A DNA stretch of 54,571 nt, filler included, from Stramenopiles sp. TOSAG23-3 (lineage: Eukaryota): assembly GCA_900128585.1 (NCBI GenBank). It is 4 parts of 4 records of this genome, joined end to end, with 100 filler letters (N's around TTAATTAATTAA, not from the genome) between each part and the next. Parts side by side here need not be neighbours in the genome. Positions count along the whole stretch, not along the records: positions 52,529 to 54,571 come from LT645132.1; 3 more parts are not named here. The stretch is one strand, 5' to 3'. Position 1 is the first letter of the stretch. Every line of letters starts with the position of its first letter. Shown piece after piece: positions 52,530 through 54,571 of this stretch. The position numbers and the translations under genes were made by a program. The notes below the pieces were generated by a model. It worked only from the letters and a program-made list of their open reading frames with translations, did not search any database and had not been told where the DNA came from.

Positions 52530-53687
52530 GGGGGGGGGGGGAAGATCGGCATTCGCCTCGGGAGCGACCCGCAGCTTCCGGGGGCCGCGATCGTGATCGC
52601 GTTTACGAAGGGGCCGGGCGGAGAAGTGCTCCAGGCGGAAGAAAACGGGAGCATTCACCTGGGGGACATCCTTTTGGAAATCAACAGCCGCCGGATAGTC
52701 AACCTGCCGCTGCAGAAGGTCATGCAGATATTTCAGCAGGCCGAGCGCCCGATCACCCTGGTCCTGATGGCAAAGTCCAGGAGGAAGGTCTCCGGGGCCG
52801 GGTCGAAGCACGCAATCGTGGACATAGTGTTTGCGCCCGGGCCGATAGGCCTCGAGTTGACGTCCCGGGAAACGAACGGGAAAATCTCTAAGGGGGCCAT
52901 GATACGCTCGTTCAAGAACATGAAAGACGGCACCCCCGGGGCCGCCGAGCGGTGCGGCAAGCTTCAAGCGTCCATGATTCTGCACGCGTGCAACGATGAG
53001 GTAATCCATGGCTACCCCTTTGAGGACATTATGAAGTGCCTCCGGCAAGCGTCCCGCCCGATGGTCCTTCGGTTCCTCCACGACCCGGACATCAGCCTCT
53101 CGTTTCGCGAGTCCGGCCCGATTGGGCTGCGGCTGGGAAAGTTCAACGATTTCGTCGTCGTGACAGGCTTCGTGAAAATTCGTGGCCCGGGCGAGTCCAC
53201 CGGCGTCATAAAAACGGGGCACATCGTGCACATGCTCGGGGGGCAGCCCTGCACCGTCACCGCGGGGGCGAAACGGGACTGGACGTACTCTGAGATATTG
53301 AACGGGCTACGGCGGCTGCCACGACCGGTGGTCGTTCGTTTTGGGCCGAACATTCAAGATGTTTTCGCCGATGACACCGATGAAGCTGAAGAGGGGGCAT
53401 CCCTGAAGTGGTGCGACGTGACCTTTGGGCCAGGGGCGATGGGCATCACCTTTAAGAAAAACAAGGACGGTCGCACCGTAGTTACGGGGTTTCCTAAGTT
53501 GGAAAGTCCAGCGCAGAAGCGAGGTGACATTATCCGCCACGGTATGGTACTGTTGAAGTTAAATGGGGAGCAGTTGGGAAATTTGAGCCTTGAGGAAGTG
53601 ATTGGCCGGCTGAGAACGTCCCCGCCACCCCGCACCTTGGTGTTTCGAGACCAAGAGCTGTACAGTCGAATCCATAAAGAACGGTGA
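52530..53687 (+). CDS. Multi-PDZ-like domain protein (at least 4 units); 5'-truncated by a gap
   Basis: Repeated G(P/A)(I/M)G(L/I)...G(D/M)(I/V)L...N...RP..L.F units; the frame is open back to the gap (GKIGIRLG). Confidence 0.8.
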   Translation, partial: GGGGKIGIRLGSDPQLPGAAIVIAFTKGPGGEVLQAEENGSIHLGDILLEINSRRIVNLPLQKVMQIFQQAERPITLVLMAKSRRKVSGAGSKHAIVDIVFAPGPIGLELTSRETNGKISKGAMIRSFKNMKDGTPGAAERCGKLQASMILHACNDEVIHGYPFEDIMKCLRQASRPMVLRFLHDPDISLSFRESGPIGLRLGKFNDFVVVTGFVKIRGPGESTGVIKTGHIVHMLGGQPCTVTAGAKRDWTYSEILNGLRRLPRPVVVRFGPNIQDVFADDTDEAEEGASLKWCDVTFGPGAMGITFKKNKDGRTVVTGFPKLESPAQKRGDIIRHGMVLLKLNGEQLGNLSLEEVIGRLRTSPPPRTLVFRDQELYSRIHKER

Positions 53688-53734
53688 AACAATACTGTGT
53701 GTGAGAGAGTATTTTTTAAATATTAATCATAAAT

Positions 53735-53790
53735 CAAAAATTGGCTGTTGTTTAAAGTATCTCAATTAAAATTTATCTTCCTCGTGTACC
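53735..53790 (+). repeat. 3'-intergenic core motif plus a module B-related segment
   Basis: caaaaattggctgttgttt; aattaaaatttatcttcctcgtgtacc resembles 41875-41902. Confidence 0.75.
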
Positions 53791-53885
53791 AATAAAGCTA
53801 CTACTGAGGCCAAGTACGGGGATAATTATCTACAAAGTATACCCCTGCGTATTTTGGGTCCGTAGTAAATCGTTTTTAGCGGGTG

Positions 53886-54569
53886 TCACTGCCACAGTCC
53901 TTTCTGGGCCTGGCTTAAGCTGTGGCACTTCCTCCGAGTAAAGTCCAGCGCTTCGTCGCTATAGGCAGAGCCTGTCGCGATCCACAAAAAATTCATGACG
54001 TCCCGAGCTGGTGTTTTGCTCCGGTTCCAAAATTTTCGAAGTTTCTGTTTCTGATGCCTGCCCGTGAGCAGCCCAAAGTCGACGGATTCTTCATCGTTGC
54101 GCAAATGCCAAAATTCTTCCCCATCAATTCGCTGTTCCAATGCCGTAACCCTTTTTAAAATGCCAGTCGTGGCGTCGATTGACACGTTCGCGTAGTCTTT
54201 CATAACCTTCTCCTGCTCCTCTGCCGTCTCCTTCAGTTCTTGAAACTTGGTATCAAAATCCTGCGCCATTTTCTCCTCCATTAAATTTACTTTTCTTATC
54301 AGCAACGCCTTGGCCTCGGCCACCGCGGATTCTGTGCACTGCTGTTCGGCTTGAATGAGCGCGTCGTATTTTTCCTTGATGCTGTGCTCGCTGGTTTCTT
54401 TTGTAAAGAAAACTTCGCGGTCAAAGTCTGCCAAAATTTTGCTCTGCTGGACTTGCTTTGCGATTGCCTCTTTTATAGCTATTTTGTTCCTATGAGACCG
54501 GATGGCAATGGCAACCTTCAACTGCTGCAAGTCCACGGCAAGGCTTTCCTCTGCCACGTACCCATCCAG
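53886..54569 (-). CDS. Hypothetical coiled-coil protein; 5' end beyond the window
   Basis: The frame is open to the window edge, E/K/A-rich and helical, with host-like GC content. Confidence 0.6.
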   Translation of the reverse strand: MDGYVAEESLAVDLQQLKVAIAIRSHRNKIAIKEAIAKQVQQSKILADFDREVFFTKETSEHSIKEKYDALIQAEQQCTESAVAEAKALLIRKVNLMEEKMAQDFDTKFQELKETAEEQEKVMKDYANVSIDATTGILKRVTALEQRIDGEEFWHLRNDEESVDFGLLTGRHQKQKLRKFWNRSKTPARDVMNFLWIATGSAYSDEALDFTRRKCHSLSQAQKGLWQ

Positions 54570-54571
54570 CA

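Noticed and set aside
52529-52541. G13 run at a contig start
   Set aside because: It abuts a gap and is probably a sequencing or assembly edge effect.

Overview
Eukaryotic, gene-dense window with apparently intron-free genes, probably from a compact-genome protist. Stramenopile affinity is an inference from the CryptonS-like recombinase, the stand-alone fused CPS and the MyTH4-FERM myosin. It is a draft scaffold with five N-gaps; three carry an artificial TTAATTAATTAA linker. Host genes in order: PHD/bromodomain-like protein, MFS transporter, glutamine-dependent carbamoyl-phosphate synthetase, Sec22, a frameshifted two-TM gene, a calcyphosin-like protein, PDS5, an EF-hand protein, a >2000-aa LysM/EGF/coiled-coil protein, a NIPA-PDZ protein, a MyTH4-FERM myosin, a CNBD K+ channel fused to RING/TRAF-type zinc fingers, a tandem-Ubl protein, partial ENT and ABCB genes, a membrane protein, a multi-PDZ protein and a coiled-coil protein. 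Two things stand out. (1) A ~3.6 kb AT-rich element (20517-24091) encodes an intact Crypton-type tyrosine recombinase. It has imperfect ~50-bp terminal inverted repeats built from a TATTGGGGTAGC 12-mer and near-identical 6-bp direct repeats (ACCACA/AGCACA). Its inferred empty site is a palindrome, TAATAC-N6-GTATTA. (2) A modular repeat family with core AAACAAGAAAATTGGCTGTTAT occurs about 13 times, always downstream of stop codons. No rRNA, tRNA or CRISPR array was recognised.
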